Shown piece after piece: positions 15,765-25,032 of a DNA stretch of 34,729 nucleotides. The notes under the pieces were generated by a model. The model saw nothing but the letters and a program-made list of their open reading frames with translations, ran no database searches and was not told the origin of the DNA. Each line of letters opens with the position of its first letter. Position 1 is the first letter of the stretch. The stretch is from contig JBGQHJ010000036.1 in the NCBI GenBank assembly GCA_041497895.1, forward strand, positions 1 to 34,729, written 5' to 3'. Both the position numbers and the translations under genes were made by a program. The DNA is from Candidatus Methylomirabilia bacterium. Lineage in GTDB: Bacteria; Methylomirabilota; Methylomirabilia; Rokubacteriales; CSP1-6.

Positions 15765-16539
15765 TGCTGGCCCCCTTGGCATCGCCCAGGTACGCCTTGA
15801 TCACCTGCGCATTCGTCCGCACCTCGTCGGGGGTGCCCTCGGCGATCTTCACTCCCATGTCCAGTACCGCCACCCGGTCCGAGATGTCCATGACCACGCC
15901 CATGTCGTGCTCGATCAGGATGATGGTGGTGCCCCACTCGTGGTTGACGTCCAGGATGAACCGGGCCATGTCCTCCTTCTCTTCGTGGTTGCAGCCGCCC
16001 ATCGGCTCGTCGAGAAGGAGGATCTTCGGATCGAGCGCGAGGGCGCGGCCCAGCTCCACTCGCTTCTGCAGCCCGTAGGCCAGCGAGCCGCAGGGTCGGC
16101 GGCGCAGGTCCTGGATCCGGAGGAAGTCGATGATGTCCTCGACCCGACGCCGGTGCACGACCTCTTCCCGCTGAGCGAACCCCCAGTAGACGAACGAGGC
16201 CAGCACCCCCGACTTCATGCGGACGTGGCGACCGAGCATGAGGTTGTCGAGCACGGTCATGCCGCGGAACAGCGCGATGTTCTGAAACGTCCGCGCGATT
16301 CCCAGCTCGGCCAGGTGACTCGGCGAGTCGTGAGTGACGTCGCTGCCCTCGAGCGCGATGCGCCCGGAGTCCGGGTGGTAGAAGCCGCTGATCATGTTGA
16401 GCAGCGTGGTCTTGCCCGCCCCGTTGGGGCCGATGACGGACAGGATCTCGCCCCGGCGCACCTCGAGGCTCACCCGGCCCACCGCCTGCACCCCACCGAA
16501 GGACTTGGAGACCTCCGCGATCTCGAGCTGAGCGCTCAT
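15745..16539 (-). CDS. livG: HAAT ABC transporter ATP-binding protein (LivG-like), cassette B
   Basis: GPNGAGKT, ARTFQN, LLLDEP, IEHDM, AYLG. Confidence 0.92.
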   Translation of the reverse strand: MSAQLEIAEVSKSFGGVQAVGRVSLEVRRGEILSVIGPNGAGKTTLLNMISGFYHPDSGRIALEGSDVTHDSPSHLAELGIARTFQNIALFRGMTVLDNLMLGRHVRMKSGVLASFVYWGFAQREEVVHRRRVEDIIDFLRIQDLRRRPCGSLAYGLQKRVELGRALALDPKILLLDEPMGGCNHEEKEDMARFILDVNHEWGTTIILIEHDMGVVMDISDRVAVLDMGVKIAEGTPDEVRTNAQVIKAYLGDAKGASNGDQNA

Positions 16540-16549
16540 GGACGGATTC

Positions 16550-17365
16550 TCACGAGAGCCACCGCTTGCGGCGCCGGTAGTGCTTGACGTCGCGGTAGCT
16601 CTTCCGCTGTCCGACCCCGGACAGCCCCAGGTAGAACTCCTTGATGTCCTCGTTCTCGCTGACCGCCTTGACGTCGCCGTCCAGCACCACCCGGCCGTTC
16701 TCCATCACGTACACGTACTGGGCGAAGCGCAGCGCCATGTTGGCGTTCTGCTCCGCGAGCAGGACCGCCACCCGCTCCTCGCGGTTGAGACGGCCCACGA
16801 TCTCGAAGATCTCCTGCACCAGCATCGGCGCGAGCCCCATCGAGGGCTCGTCCAGCAGCATCAGGCGCGGATGCGCCATGAGGGCGCGGCCGATCGCGAG
16901 CATCTGCTGCTCGCCGCCCGAGATGTAGCCCGCGTCGACCGATCGCCGATCGCGCAGCCGCGGGAAGTACTCGTAGACCCGCTCCAGGTCCGTCTGGAGC
17001 GCCTGGCCGTTGCGCTGGGTGTAGCCGCCGGTCAGTAGATTCTCCTCGACCGTGAGGTGCTCGAAGACGTGGCGGCCCTCCATGACCTGCACGATCCCCC
17101 GGCGCACGATCTCCGACGCCGCGCGGCGGTGGATCGCCTCGCCCGCGAGCTCGATTCCCCCCTTGGTGACCTCACCCCGCTCGGTGCGCAGGAGCCCGGA
17201 GATGGCCTTGAGCGTGGTGGACTTGCCGGCCCCGTTGGCCCCGAGGAGGGCCACGATGCCCTCCCCGGGAACCTGAAGCGACACGCCCTTCAACACGAGG
17301 ATCACGTGGTCGTAGATCACCTCGATGTTGTTCACCGAGAGCAGCGGGTGGGGCGCGTCGATCAC
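16550..17365 (-). CDS. livF: HAAT ABC transporter ATP-binding protein (LivF-like), cassette A
   Basis: GANGAGKS, ISGGEQQ, LLDEPSMGLAP, AEQN. Confidence 0.92.
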   Translation of the reverse strand: MIDAPHPLLSVNNIEVIYDHVILVLKGVSLQVPGEGIVALLGANGAGKSTTLKAISGLLRTERGEVTKGGIELAGEAIHRRAASEIVRRGIVQVMEGRHVFEHLTVEENLLTGGYTQRNGQALQTDLERVYEYFPRLRDRRSVDAGYISGGEQQMLAIGRALMAHPRLMLLDEPSMGLAPMLVQEIFEIVGRLNREERVAVLLAEQNANMALRFAQYVYVMENGRVVLDGDVKAVSENEDIKEFYLGLSGVGQRKSYRDVKHYRRRKRWLS

Positions 17366-17383
17366 GACGGGTCCGTCTCCCGC

Positions 17384-18709
17384 CTAATTCTCTTTGGAGC
17401 AGTCGCGCATCGTGTACCCGAGCTTCTTGCCCTCCTCCACCGCGGCCGCCTCGAGCTTCGGGCGGACGACCTCCCTCATGGGCTGGATCCAGTCGGAGAC
17501 GACGTTCCACTTCTTGCCGTCCCACTGCTGGATCAGGACCGGCCCGCTGCCCTCGTGGTCCTCGCAGGTCACCTTCACCGGGTGGGTGAAGCCCTTGAGC
17601 CCGATCTGGTCCAGCCGGGCCTCGGTGAGGCTCAGGTGCTCGTAGCCCCAGCGCACCTGCTCGGTGGTGAGCGGCTTGTTGCCGAACTTGGCCATCGCGG
17701 TCCGGAAGGCCTCGGTCATGTACATCGCGTTGACGACGCCGCGATTGTAGAGGGCCTCGCCGATCTTGTCCTTCGGGCCGATGTTCTTGCCTCGATCGTA
17801 GACGAACTTCACGATGTCGGCGTGCACCTTGAAATTGGTGCCCGGGGCGTGGAAGGTGGCGCCCTTGTAGCCCTTGGCCCCGTCGCCGGCCGGGATCACG
17901 TCGGCCTCGCTGGCCGACCACCAGTTGCCGATGAAGTGGTCCATCGGGAAGTTGATCGCGGCCGCCTCTTTCACCGCCACCTGGTTCATCACTCCCCAGC
18001 CCGACATGTACACCCACCCCGGGTTGATCCGTCGCACCTGGAGCCACGTGGCCTTCTGCTCCTGACCCGGGTGGTCGACCGCCAGCAGGGTCAGCTCGAA
18101 GCCGTACTTGTGGCTGAGCTCCTCGAGCGTCGGGTTGGCTTCCTTGCCGTAGGGGCTGTTGTGGTAGATGTGGACGATCTTCTTGCCCTTGAGCTTGTCG
18201 AGCCCGCCCTCCTGCTGGCCGATGTAGCGGATGACCGAGGAGGCCTGACTCCAGTAGGTGGTCGGGAACGTGAACACCCACGGGAACCACCGGCCGTCGG
18301 AGGCCGCGGTCATGCCGTAGCCCATCGAGTGAACCACGATCTTGTCCACCCCCGCCTTGGGGATCAGCTGGTAGGTGATCCCGGTGCTGAGCGGGTTGAA
18401 CACCATCGCCCCCCCGTTCTTGCCCTTGAGCCGCTCGTAGCACTCGACCCCCTGCTTGGTGTCGTACTGGGTCTCGCACTCCTCGACCACGAGCCGGACG
18501 CCGTTGACGCCGCCGTCGCGCTCGTTGAGCATCGTGAGGTAGTCCCACAGCCCGTTCGCGAACGGGGTGCCGCTCGGGGCGTAGGGGCCGGTGCGGTAGA
18601 CGGTCGAGGGGACGAACATCTCCTTGGCCTGGGCCGAGACCGTCCCGGCGGCCGGGACGGCAATGACGATCGCGGCCAGCAGCGCGATCATGACGCGTCG
18701 TAGAGTCAT
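17384..18709 (-). CDS. ABC transporter substrate-binding protein (PBP type 1), cassette A
   Basis: Signal peptide, YRTGPYAP, NERDGGVNG, CETQY..GVECYER, TCEDHEG; AAGGAGGAG SD. Confidence 0.9.
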   Translation of the reverse strand: MTLRRVMIALLAAIVIAVPAAGTVSAQAKEMFVPSTVYRTGPYAPSGTPFANGLWDYLTMLNERDGGVNGVRLVVEECETQYDTKQGVECYERLKGKNGGAMVFNPLSTGITYQLIPKAGVDKIVVHSMGYGMTAASDGRWFPWVFTFPTTYWSQASSVIRYIGQQEGGLDKLKGKKIVHIYHNSPYGKEANPTLEELSHKYGFELTLLAVDHPGQEQKATWLQVRRINPGWVYMSGWGVMNQVAVKEAAAINFPMDHFIGNWWSASEADVIPAGDGAKGYKGATFHAPGTNFKVHADIVKFVYDRGKNIGPKDKIGEALYNRGVVNAMYMTEAFRTAMAKFGNKPLTTEQVRWGYEHLSLTEARLDQIGLKGFTHPVKVTCEDHEGSGPVLIQQWDGKKWNVVSDWIQPMREVVRPKLEAAAVEEGKKLGYTMRDCSKEN

Positions 18710-18745
18710 GGGTACTCCTCCTTGCTCATCGGGGGTGGAACACGC

Positions 18746-19822
18746 TCAGTACGGGAAGGGCCAGAGCCGCAGCTTCTCCTTGGCGATCTGCCAGAGCCGC
18801 GCGAGACCGTGGGGCTCGACGATCAGGAACAGGATGATGAGCCCGCCGAACACCATCAGCTCGATCTGCTTCTGCAGGGCCACCGGCATGGCCAGGCCCA
18901 GCAAGTGTGGCACGTTGGTGAGGAAGATCGGCACCATCACGATGAAGGCGGCGCCCAGGAACGATCCGAGGATCGAGCCGAGCCCGCCGATGATGACCAT
19001 GAACAGGACCAGGAATGAGACGTTGATGTCGAAGGCCTGGGTCTCCGCGCTGCCCAGGTAGAGGAACACGTACTCCGCGCCGGCCACCCCGCAGAAGAAC
19101 GAGCTGATCGCGAAGGCGAGCAGCTTGGTGCGCAGCGGCCGCACCCCGATGATCTCGGCCGCGATGTCGCGGTCCCGGATCGCCATCCAGGACCGGCCCA
19201 CCCGCCCCCGAACCAGGTTCTTGGCCACCAGCGCGAAGACGGCCACGAACGCGAGCGCGGTCAGGTAGCGGACCGGCGCGGTCGCGGTCGGCCCGGTGAC
19301 CATGATCGAGGCCACCGTGCGGGGCGGCGCGGTGATCGTGCCGGAGGAGGCGTAGTCGGTGAACCAGGCGACCTTGTTGAAGAGCCAGAGCAGGAAGAAC
19401 TGGGAGGCCAGGGTGGCCACCGCCAGGTAGAAGCCCTTGATGCGCAGCGACGGCAGCCCGAACACGAGCCCGACCAGCGCGGTCACGAGCCCGGCCAGCA
19501 GGAACACCACCAGCACGCTCAGCCGCGGGAACGCGCTCGTGAGCTTGAACCCGGAGTAGGCGCCCACCGCCATGAAGCCCCCGGTGCCGAGCGACACCTG
19601 CCCCGCGTAGCCGGTGAGCAGGTTGAGCCCGAGGGCGGCCAGCGCGTAGATCAGGAAAGGGATCAGCACCGCCTGCAGCCAGTACTCGTCGGCCACCAGC
19701 GGCACCGCGATCACCGCGGCCGCGACCGCCAGGCCCACCACGACCCGGTCCTGCCGGATCGGGAACAGCGCCTGGTCGCTCGCGTAGGTGCTCTTGAACT
19801 GGCCCGCCTCCCGGTAGATCAC
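18746..19822 (-). CDS. livM: HAAT ABC transporter permease (LivM-like), cassette A
   Basis: GLNLLTGYAGQVSLG, LRIKGFYLAVATLA, IIGGLGS; GTG start overlaps the upstream TAG. Confidence 0.9.
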   Translation of the reverse strand: MIYREAGQFKSTYASDQALFPIRQDRVVVGLAVAAAVIAVPLVADEYWLQAVLIPFLIYALAALGLNLLTGYAGQVSLGTGGFMAVGAYSGFKLTSAFPRLSVLVVFLLAGLVTALVGLVFGLPSLRIKGFYLAVATLASQFFLLWLFNKVAWFTDYASSGTITAPPRTVASIMVTGPTATAPVRYLTALAFVAVFALVAKNLVRGRVGRSWMAIRDRDIAAEIIGVRPLRTKLLAFAISSFFCGVAGAEYVFLYLGSAETQAFDINVSFLVLFMVIIGGLGSILGSFLGAAFIVMVPIFLTNVPHLLGLAMPVALQKQIELMVFGGLIILFLIVEPHGLARLWQIAKEKLRLWPFPY

Positions 19823-20760
19823 TAGACTCTCTCGATGATGCGCTCGCCGAACAGCCCCTGGGGGCGAACGAGCAGGAAGGCGAGGGCCAGCACGTAGGCG
19901 AACCAGTTCTCGATGGCGCCGCCCACCAGCGGCCCCCAGTAGACCTCGGCGAGCTTCTCCCCCACCCCGATGATCAGACCGCCCACGATGGCCCCGGGCA
20001 CCGAGGTGAAGCCGCCCAGGATCAGGACCGGAAGGGCCTTGAGCGCGATCAGGGAGAGGCTGAACTGCACCCCGCTCTTCGCCCCCCACATGATCCCGGC
20101 CACGATGGCCACCAGGCCCGCGGCCGACCACACCACGACCCAGATGGTGTTGAGCGGGATGCCGATCGAGAGCGCGGCCTCGTGGTCGTCGGCCACCGCG
20201 CGCAGCGCGCGGCCGATCCGGGTGCGCTGGAAGAAGATCGCCATCCCCGCCACCAGCACCGCCGCGGTGATCGCGGCGGTGAGCTCGAGGCGGTTGACCT
20301 GCACGCCCCACACCACGAACGAGCTGTCCGGGATGCCCACGTCGAGCTTCTTGACGTTGCTCCCCCACACCAGCTCGCCGAAGCCTTCCAGGAAGAAGTT
20401 GAGGCCGATGGTGGCCATGAACAGGATGATCTGCTCCTGGTTGACGAGCGGGCGCAGCACCACCCGCTCGATCGCGAAGGCGAGCGCGCCCATCACCGCC
20501 ATCGTCACCAGGAGGGCGAGCACCAGCGGGGCCCCGCGCTCCATCAGTCCCACCAGGGTCAGCGCCGCGAAGAGCACCATGACCCCCTGGGCGAAGTTGA
20601 AGACGCCGGAGGCTTTGTAGATGAGCACGAAGCCGAGGGCGACCAGCGAGTACATGAGACCCGCGGCCAGCCCGCCGATCACCACCTCGGCGAGGAAAGC
20701 GGGGGCGGTCACCATGTCCTTCACGGGCCCGACGAACACCCCGTAGAGGAGCTCAAGCAT
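19822..20760 (-). CDS. livH: HAAT ABC transporter permease (LivH-like), cassette A
   Basis: YSLVALGFVLIY, NFAQG, GRALRAVADD, RPQGLFG. Confidence 0.92.
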   Translation of the reverse strand: MLELLYGVFVGPVKDMVTAPAFLAEVVIGGLAAGLMYSLVALGFVLIYKASGVFNFAQGVMVLFAALTLVGLMERGAPLVLALLVTMAVMGALAFAIERVVLRPLVNQEQIILFMATIGLNFFLEGFGELVWGSNVKKLDVGIPDSSFVVWGVQVNRLELTAAITAAVLVAGMAIFFQRTRIGRALRAVADDHEAALSIGIPLNTIWVVVWSAAGLVAIVAGIMWGAKSGVQFSLSLIALKALPVLILGGFTSVPGAIVGGLIIGVGEKLAEVYWGPLVGGAIENWFAYVLALAFLLVRPQGLFGERIIERV

Positions 20761-21559
20761 GGCTCACCCCCAGGTAGGCGTCGATCACGCCTTGGTCGGC
20801 GCGCACCTCTTCGGGCCGCCCGTCGGCGAGCTTGCGCCCGTAGTCGAGCGCGATCACCCGATCCGAGATGTCCATGACCACGCTCATGTCGTGCTCGATC
20901 AGCGCGATCGTGGTGCCGAACTCGTCGTTGACGCCGAGGATGAAGCGGCACATGTCTTCCTTCTCCTCGACGTTCATCCCGGCCATCGGCTCGTCCAGCA
21001 GCAGGAGCTTGGGCTCGGCGGCCAGGGCCCGGGCCAGCTCCACCCGCTTCTGCAGCCCGTAGGGCAGCGTGCCCGCCCCCGCCTTCCGGATGGCCTCGAT
21101 CTCCAGGAAGTCGATGATGCGCTCGACGAAGGCGCGGTGCTCGAGCTCCTGCCGCATGGCCGGGCCCCAGTAGAGGGCCTCGAGCAGGAAGCTGCCCCGC
21201 ATCTTGAGCAGCCGCCCGGTCATGATGTTGTCGAGCACGCTCATGCCCTTGAAGAGGGCCACGTTCTGGAAGGTGCGGGCCACCCCGAGGGCCGCCACGT
21301 CGTAGGGCCGGAGCCGCGTCCGGTCGCGCCCCTCGAACCGGATCCGGCCCTCCGAGGGGTGGTAGAAGCCGCTGATCACGTTGAGCAGCGTGGTCTTGCC
21401 CGCCCCGTTGGGCCCGATGATCGCCACAATCTCCCCGCGCTGGATCTCGAGGCTCACCCGGTCGAGGGCCTGGATGGCCCCGAAGCGCACGCTGACCTCA
21501 TCCACCTCGAGCAGCGGCACGCCCGACGCCACCGATGGCGGGCCGGTCGGCTCCCTCAC
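20753..21559 (-). CDS. livG: HAAT ABC transporter ATP-binding protein (LivG-like), cassette A
   Basis: GPNGAGKT, ARTFQN, LLLDEPMAG, IEHDM; GTGA overlap with the ligase stop. Confidence 0.9.
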   Translation of the reverse strand: MREPTGPPSVASGVPLLEVDEVSVRFGAIQALDRVSLEIQRGEIVAIIGPNGAGKTTLLNVISGFYHPSEGRIRFEGRDRTRLRPYDVAALGVARTFQNVALFKGMSVLDNIMTGRLLKMRGSFLLEALYWGPAMRQELEHRAFVERIIDFLEIEAIRKAGAGTLPYGLQKRVELARALAAEPKLLLLDEPMAGMNVEEKEDMCRFILGVNDEFGTTIALIEHDMSVVMDISDRVIALDYGRKLADGRPEEVRADQGVIDAYLGVSHA

Positions 21560-23499
21560 GCGGGCGTCCCCGCGGCCGCGAACGTCTCGGCCTCGCTCAA
21601 TCGCACCGCGGCCCGCACGGTGGCGGTACGGCCGTCCTCGTAGGTCACCTTGGCCTCCACCTGGACCGAGTCGCCGGTAGCGTAGAGCGCCTCGATGAGC
21701 GGCGCGTATTTCTGGCCGATGAAGCCCCGCCGCACCTTGCGGGTGCGGGTGATCTCCTGGTCGTCCGGATCGAGCTCCTTGTGCAGCAGGAGGAAGCGCC
21801 GGATCTGGGCGCCCCGCAGGGCCTCGTCCTCGAGCAGGCTCCGGTTGACCCGCACCACCTCCTGGCGGATCAGCTCGTAGACCTCGGGCTTCTGGGCCAG
21901 GTCGGTGTAGCTCGTGTAGGCGAGCCCGCGCCGCTCCGCCCAGTTGCCGACCGAGGCCAGGTCGATGTTGAGCATGGCGGCCACGAACGGCCGGCCGTCG
22001 CCCACGCACACCGCCTCCTTGATGTACGGGGAGAACTTCAGCTTGTTCTCGAGATACTTGGGCGCGAAGATCGTGCCCCCCGCCAGCCGCCCCACGTCGC
22101 GGGCCCGATCGATGATCTTCAGGTGGCCGTCCTTGTCGAACAAGCCGGCGTCGCCCGAGTGGACCCAGCCCTCGTCGAGGGTCTCCCGGGTGGCCTGCGG
22201 GTTCTTGTAGTAGCCCTGGAAGACACCCGGGCTCCGGTACAGCACCTCCCCGCTCGGGCTCACGCGCACCTCCACCCCGGGCAGCGGCGGCCCCACCGTG
22301 TCGAGCTTGACGTCGCCGTCCTGCTGGATGCAGATCAGCGCGCTCGACTCGGTCATGCCGTAGAGCTGCTTCACGTTGATGCCGAGGGAGCGGTAGAACT
22401 CGAAGAGCTCGGGCCCGATGGCCTCTCCCGCGGTGTAGGCGATCCGGATGCGGCTCATGCCCAGGTTGTCGCGCAGCGGCCCGTAGACGAGCAGCCGGCC
22501 GAACGGGTAGAGCAGCCGGTCCCGGAGCGCGGCCGGGCGGTGGGCGAGGCGGCAGCGCTCCACCCGGCGCGCCAGGTCCAGGAAGAAGTGCACCACGCGG
22601 CGCTTGATCCAGGCGGTGTCGTCCACCCGGATCATCACCGAGGTCAGGATGTTCTCCCAGATGCGGGGCGGCGCGAAGAAGTAGGTGGGGCCGATCTCCT
22701 TGAGGTCGGCCAGCACGGTGGTCGCGCTCTCCGGGCAGTTCGTGGTGAAGCCGGCCACGATGGACTGGCTGAAGGAGAACATGTGGTCGCCGATCCAGGC
22801 CATGGGCAGGTAGGCCATGACCTCCTCGGACGCGTCGAGCCGCTCGCGCTCGATGGCGCTCCGCGCGGTCTCGATGAGGTTCCGGTGCGAGAGCATGGCC
22901 CCCTTGGGCTGCCCGGTCGTGCCGGAGGTATAGGCGATGATCGCGGTGTCCTCCGCGGTGCCCTTGGCCACCTCCTGCTCGAAGTATCCCGGGTGCCCCT
23001 GGGCGAACTTCCGGCCCCGCTCCTGCAGCTCCTCGAGGCTCAGCAGGCAGGACTCCTTGTAGTGGCGGAGGCCCCTCGGGTCGTCGTAGATGACGTACTC
23101 GAGCCCCGGGCACTGCTCCCGCACGTGGAGCAGCTTGTCCACCTGCTCCTGGTCCTCGACCACCGCGAAGCGCGCCTCGGCGTGATCGACGATGTACTCC
23201 ATCTCCTTCTCGATGGAGTCCTGGTAGAGCGGAACCGGGATTCCCCCGAGCGCCTGCGTGGCCAGCATCGCCCAGTAGAGCGCCGGCCGGTTGTCGCCCA
23301 CCACCGCGGTCTTGTCGCCCCGCGCGAAGCCGAGCGCGGCCAGGCCCAGCGCGATGAGGCGGGCCCGCTCGGCGTACTGGCTCCAGGTGTACGACTGCCA
23401 GATGCCGAGGTCCTTCTCGCGGATGGCGACATTCCGGGCGAGCCGCCGGGCGTTCTGGAGCGCGAGCTTGGGAAAGGTGTCCTGGGAGGAATCGAGCAT
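21556..23499 (-). CDS. Long-chain fatty-acid-CoA ligase, cassette A
   Basis: YTSGTTGQPKG, YLPMAW, YGMTES, HSGDAG, IIDRARD, TRTRKVRR. Confidence 0.92.
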   Translation of the reverse strand: MLDSSQDTFPKLALQNARRLARNVAIREKDLGIWQSYTWSQYAERARLIALGLAALGFARGDKTAVVGDNRPALYWAMLATQALGGIPVPLYQDSIEKEMEYIVDHAEARFAVVEDQEQVDKLLHVREQCPGLEYVIYDDPRGLRHYKESCLLSLEELQERGRKFAQGHPGYFEQEVAKGTAEDTAIIAYTSGTTGQPKGAMLSHRNLIETARSAIERERLDASEEVMAYLPMAWIGDHMFSFSQSIVAGFTTNCPESATTVLADLKEIGPTYFFAPPRIWENILTSVMIRVDDTAWIKRRVVHFFLDLARRVERCRLAHRPAALRDRLLYPFGRLLVYGPLRDNLGMSRIRIAYTAGEAIGPELFEFYRSLGINVKQLYGMTESSALICIQQDGDVKLDTVGPPLPGVEVRVSPSGEVLYRSPGVFQGYYKNPQATRETLDEGWVHSGDAGLFDKDGHLKIIDRARDVGRLAGGTIFAPKYLENKLKFSPYIKEAVCVGDGRPFVAAMLNIDLASVGNWAERRGLAYTSYTDLAQKPEVYELIRQEVVRVNRSLLEDEALRGAQIRRFLLLHKELDPDDQEITRTRKVRRGFIGQKYAPLIEALYATGDSVQVEAKVTYEDGRTATVRAAVRLSEAETFAAAGTPA

Positions 23500-23644
23500 C
23501 AGGCCGTGCAGTCGTGGGCGTCACTCGCGCTCGGTCGCGCGAGACGACAGCCACCTCCACCGTTGGAGAGAATCTTCGTCATTGCCTTGCCCAGGAAGCT
23601 CTTACCGGGAAAGCGTCCGTCACAGGGGGTGATAAAGTGGCGAG

Positions 23645-23673
23645 AGTCTAGCCCAGGGTCTACGAGGTGTCAA
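23645..23673 (-). promoter_or_regulatory. Near-consensus sigma70 promoter heading cassette A
   Basis: TTGACA (23668-23673)-N17-TAGACT (23645-23650) on the minus strand. Confidence 0.85.
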
Positions 23674-23677
23674 GACT

Positions 23678-24067
23678 TTGCCCGCCAAGACAAGGGTTTA
23701 CGGCCACATTTTGACGATCCTGTGGGTCGGGGGGACCGGCGTGGCCGGAACCCCGGCGACGCTTGCCCCCGAGCTCGACTGCGAGCGCCCGGCGGAGGCC
23801 CGCGCCTTCATCGCCAAGCTCCAGCTGGCCGAGATCGAAGGCGCGGAGGACATCCATCGGGCCGCCATGTGGGACGCCTTCGGCCGCTGCCCGGCCGGGG
23901 ATGCCGGGGGGCCGTGCCGCCGGGAGGAGCAGCGGCGGTTCGAGAGCCAGTGGGAGGAGCAGCGCCGGGCGATCGAGGCGAAGTATCGTCAGGTGCTGGG
24001 CGCGTTCGAGCAGCGGTGCCGAACACTCATCAGCCTGATCGGGCAACAGGTTAGAGCGGCTTCCTGA
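23678..24067 (+). CDS. Hypothetical small helical protein with 4 Cys, possibly secreted (start uncertain)
   Basis: G/C-ending codons through the core; hydrophobic N-terminal stretch; fills the gap between two minus-strand units; overlaps the end of livM by 17 bp. Confidence 0.6.
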   Translation: MPAKTRVYGHILTILWVGGTGVAGTPATLAPELDCERPAEARAFIAKLQLAEIEGAEDIHRAAMWDAFGRCPAGDAGGPCRREEQRRFESQWEEQRRAIEAKYRQVLGAFEQRCRTLISLIGQQVRAAS

Positions 24068-25028
24068 GAAATCGGGCGAGCTCGCCGACGACCCCGCGCC
24101 GGAAGGCCAGGACGCAGACCACGAAGATGGCCCCCTGCACCACGGTCACCCAGGCCCCGAGCTGGGCCAGATAGGTCTCGAGCCCGATCACGATGGCCGC
24201 GCCCACCACGGGGCCGAACACGGTGCCGAGCCCACCCAGGAGCGTCATCAGCACCACCTCGCCGGACATGCTCCAGTGCACGTCGGTGAGGGAGGCGAGC
24301 TGGAAGACGATGGCCTTGGTGCCGCCCGCCAGCCCGGACAGGGCGGCCGAGAGGACGAAGGCGATCAGCTTGTAGTGGTCGGCCCCGTAGCCGAGCGAGA
24401 GCGCCCGGGGCTCGTTCTCCCGGATGGCCTTGAGCACCTGGCCGAAGGGCGAGTGGATGGTCCGGTAGATCAGGAGGAAGCCGGCCAGGAAGATCGCGAG
24501 CACCGTGAAGTACATCGTCAGGGTGCTCCGGAGGTCGATCAGGCCGAAGAGCATGCCCCGCGGGACCGCCTGGATGCCGTCCTCGCCGCCGGTGAACGGG
24601 GCCTGAAGACAGAAGAAGTAGAGCATCTGGGCCAGGGCCAGGGTGATCATGGCGAAGTAGATCCCCTGGCGTCGGATCGCGAGCGCCCCGATGACGAGAC
24701 CGAGGCCCGCGGCCCCCAGGGTGCCGGCCAGGATGGCCATCTCCGGGGTCCACCCCCAGACCTTGGCGGTGTACGCGGCGATGTAGCCGGCCGAGCCGAG
24801 GTACGCGGCGTGACCGAAGGACAGCAGGCCTCCGTAGCCGATCAGCAGGTTGAACGCGCAGGCGAACAGGGCGAAGCAGAGCGCCTTCATGAGGAAGACC
24901 GGGTAGACCACGAACGGCGCGACCACGAAAACGCCGACCATCAGGGCGAACACCACGGCCTGGTGGCGGGAGGGACCGCCGGCGGCCTCCGGGGCCTCGG
25001 GCTCCACGGGCTCGCGCGCGGTCGCCAT
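24051..25028 (-). CDS. livM: Branched-chain amino acid-type ABC permease (LivM), cassette C
   Basis: FNLLIGYGGLLSFGH, GIYFAMITLA, AIRENE, LLGGLGT. Confidence 0.92.
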   Translation of the reverse strand: MATAREPVEPEAPEAAGGPSRHQAVVFALMVGVFVVAPFVVYPVFLMKALCFALFACAFNLLIGYGGLLSFGHAAYLGSAGYIAAYTAKVWGWTPEMAILAGTLGAAGLGLVIGALAIRRQGIYFAMITLALAQMLYFFCLQAPFTGGEDGIQAVPRGMLFGLIDLRSTLTMYFTVLAIFLAGFLLIYRTIHSPFGQVLKAIRENEPRALSLGYGADHYKLIAFVLSAALSGLAGGTKAIVFQLASLTDVHWSMSGEVVLMTLLGGLGTVFGPVVGAAIVIGLETYLAQLGAWVTVVQGAIFVVCVLAFRRGVVGELARFLRKPL

Positions 25029-25032
25029 GCTA

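Noticed and set aside
20753..23560. 935-aa ORF suggesting a giant ATPase fusion
   Set aside because: The first about 667 codons are an Arg/Gly/Pro-rich alternative frame over the ligase gene; the ATPase has a GTGA-coupled start at 21559.
23646..23691. Short direct repeats GTCTA x2 and CAAGAC x2 over the promoter, as a possible operator
   Set aside because: Too short to tell from chance, partly explained by the promoter boxes, and no cognate regulator is in the window.
21535..24054. Long antisense and alternative-frame ORFs (839 aa here; also 17057-18703, 27678-29513, 29645-31234 and others)
   Set aside because: Shadow ORFs expected opposite genes with G/C-ending codons; no recognisable motifs.
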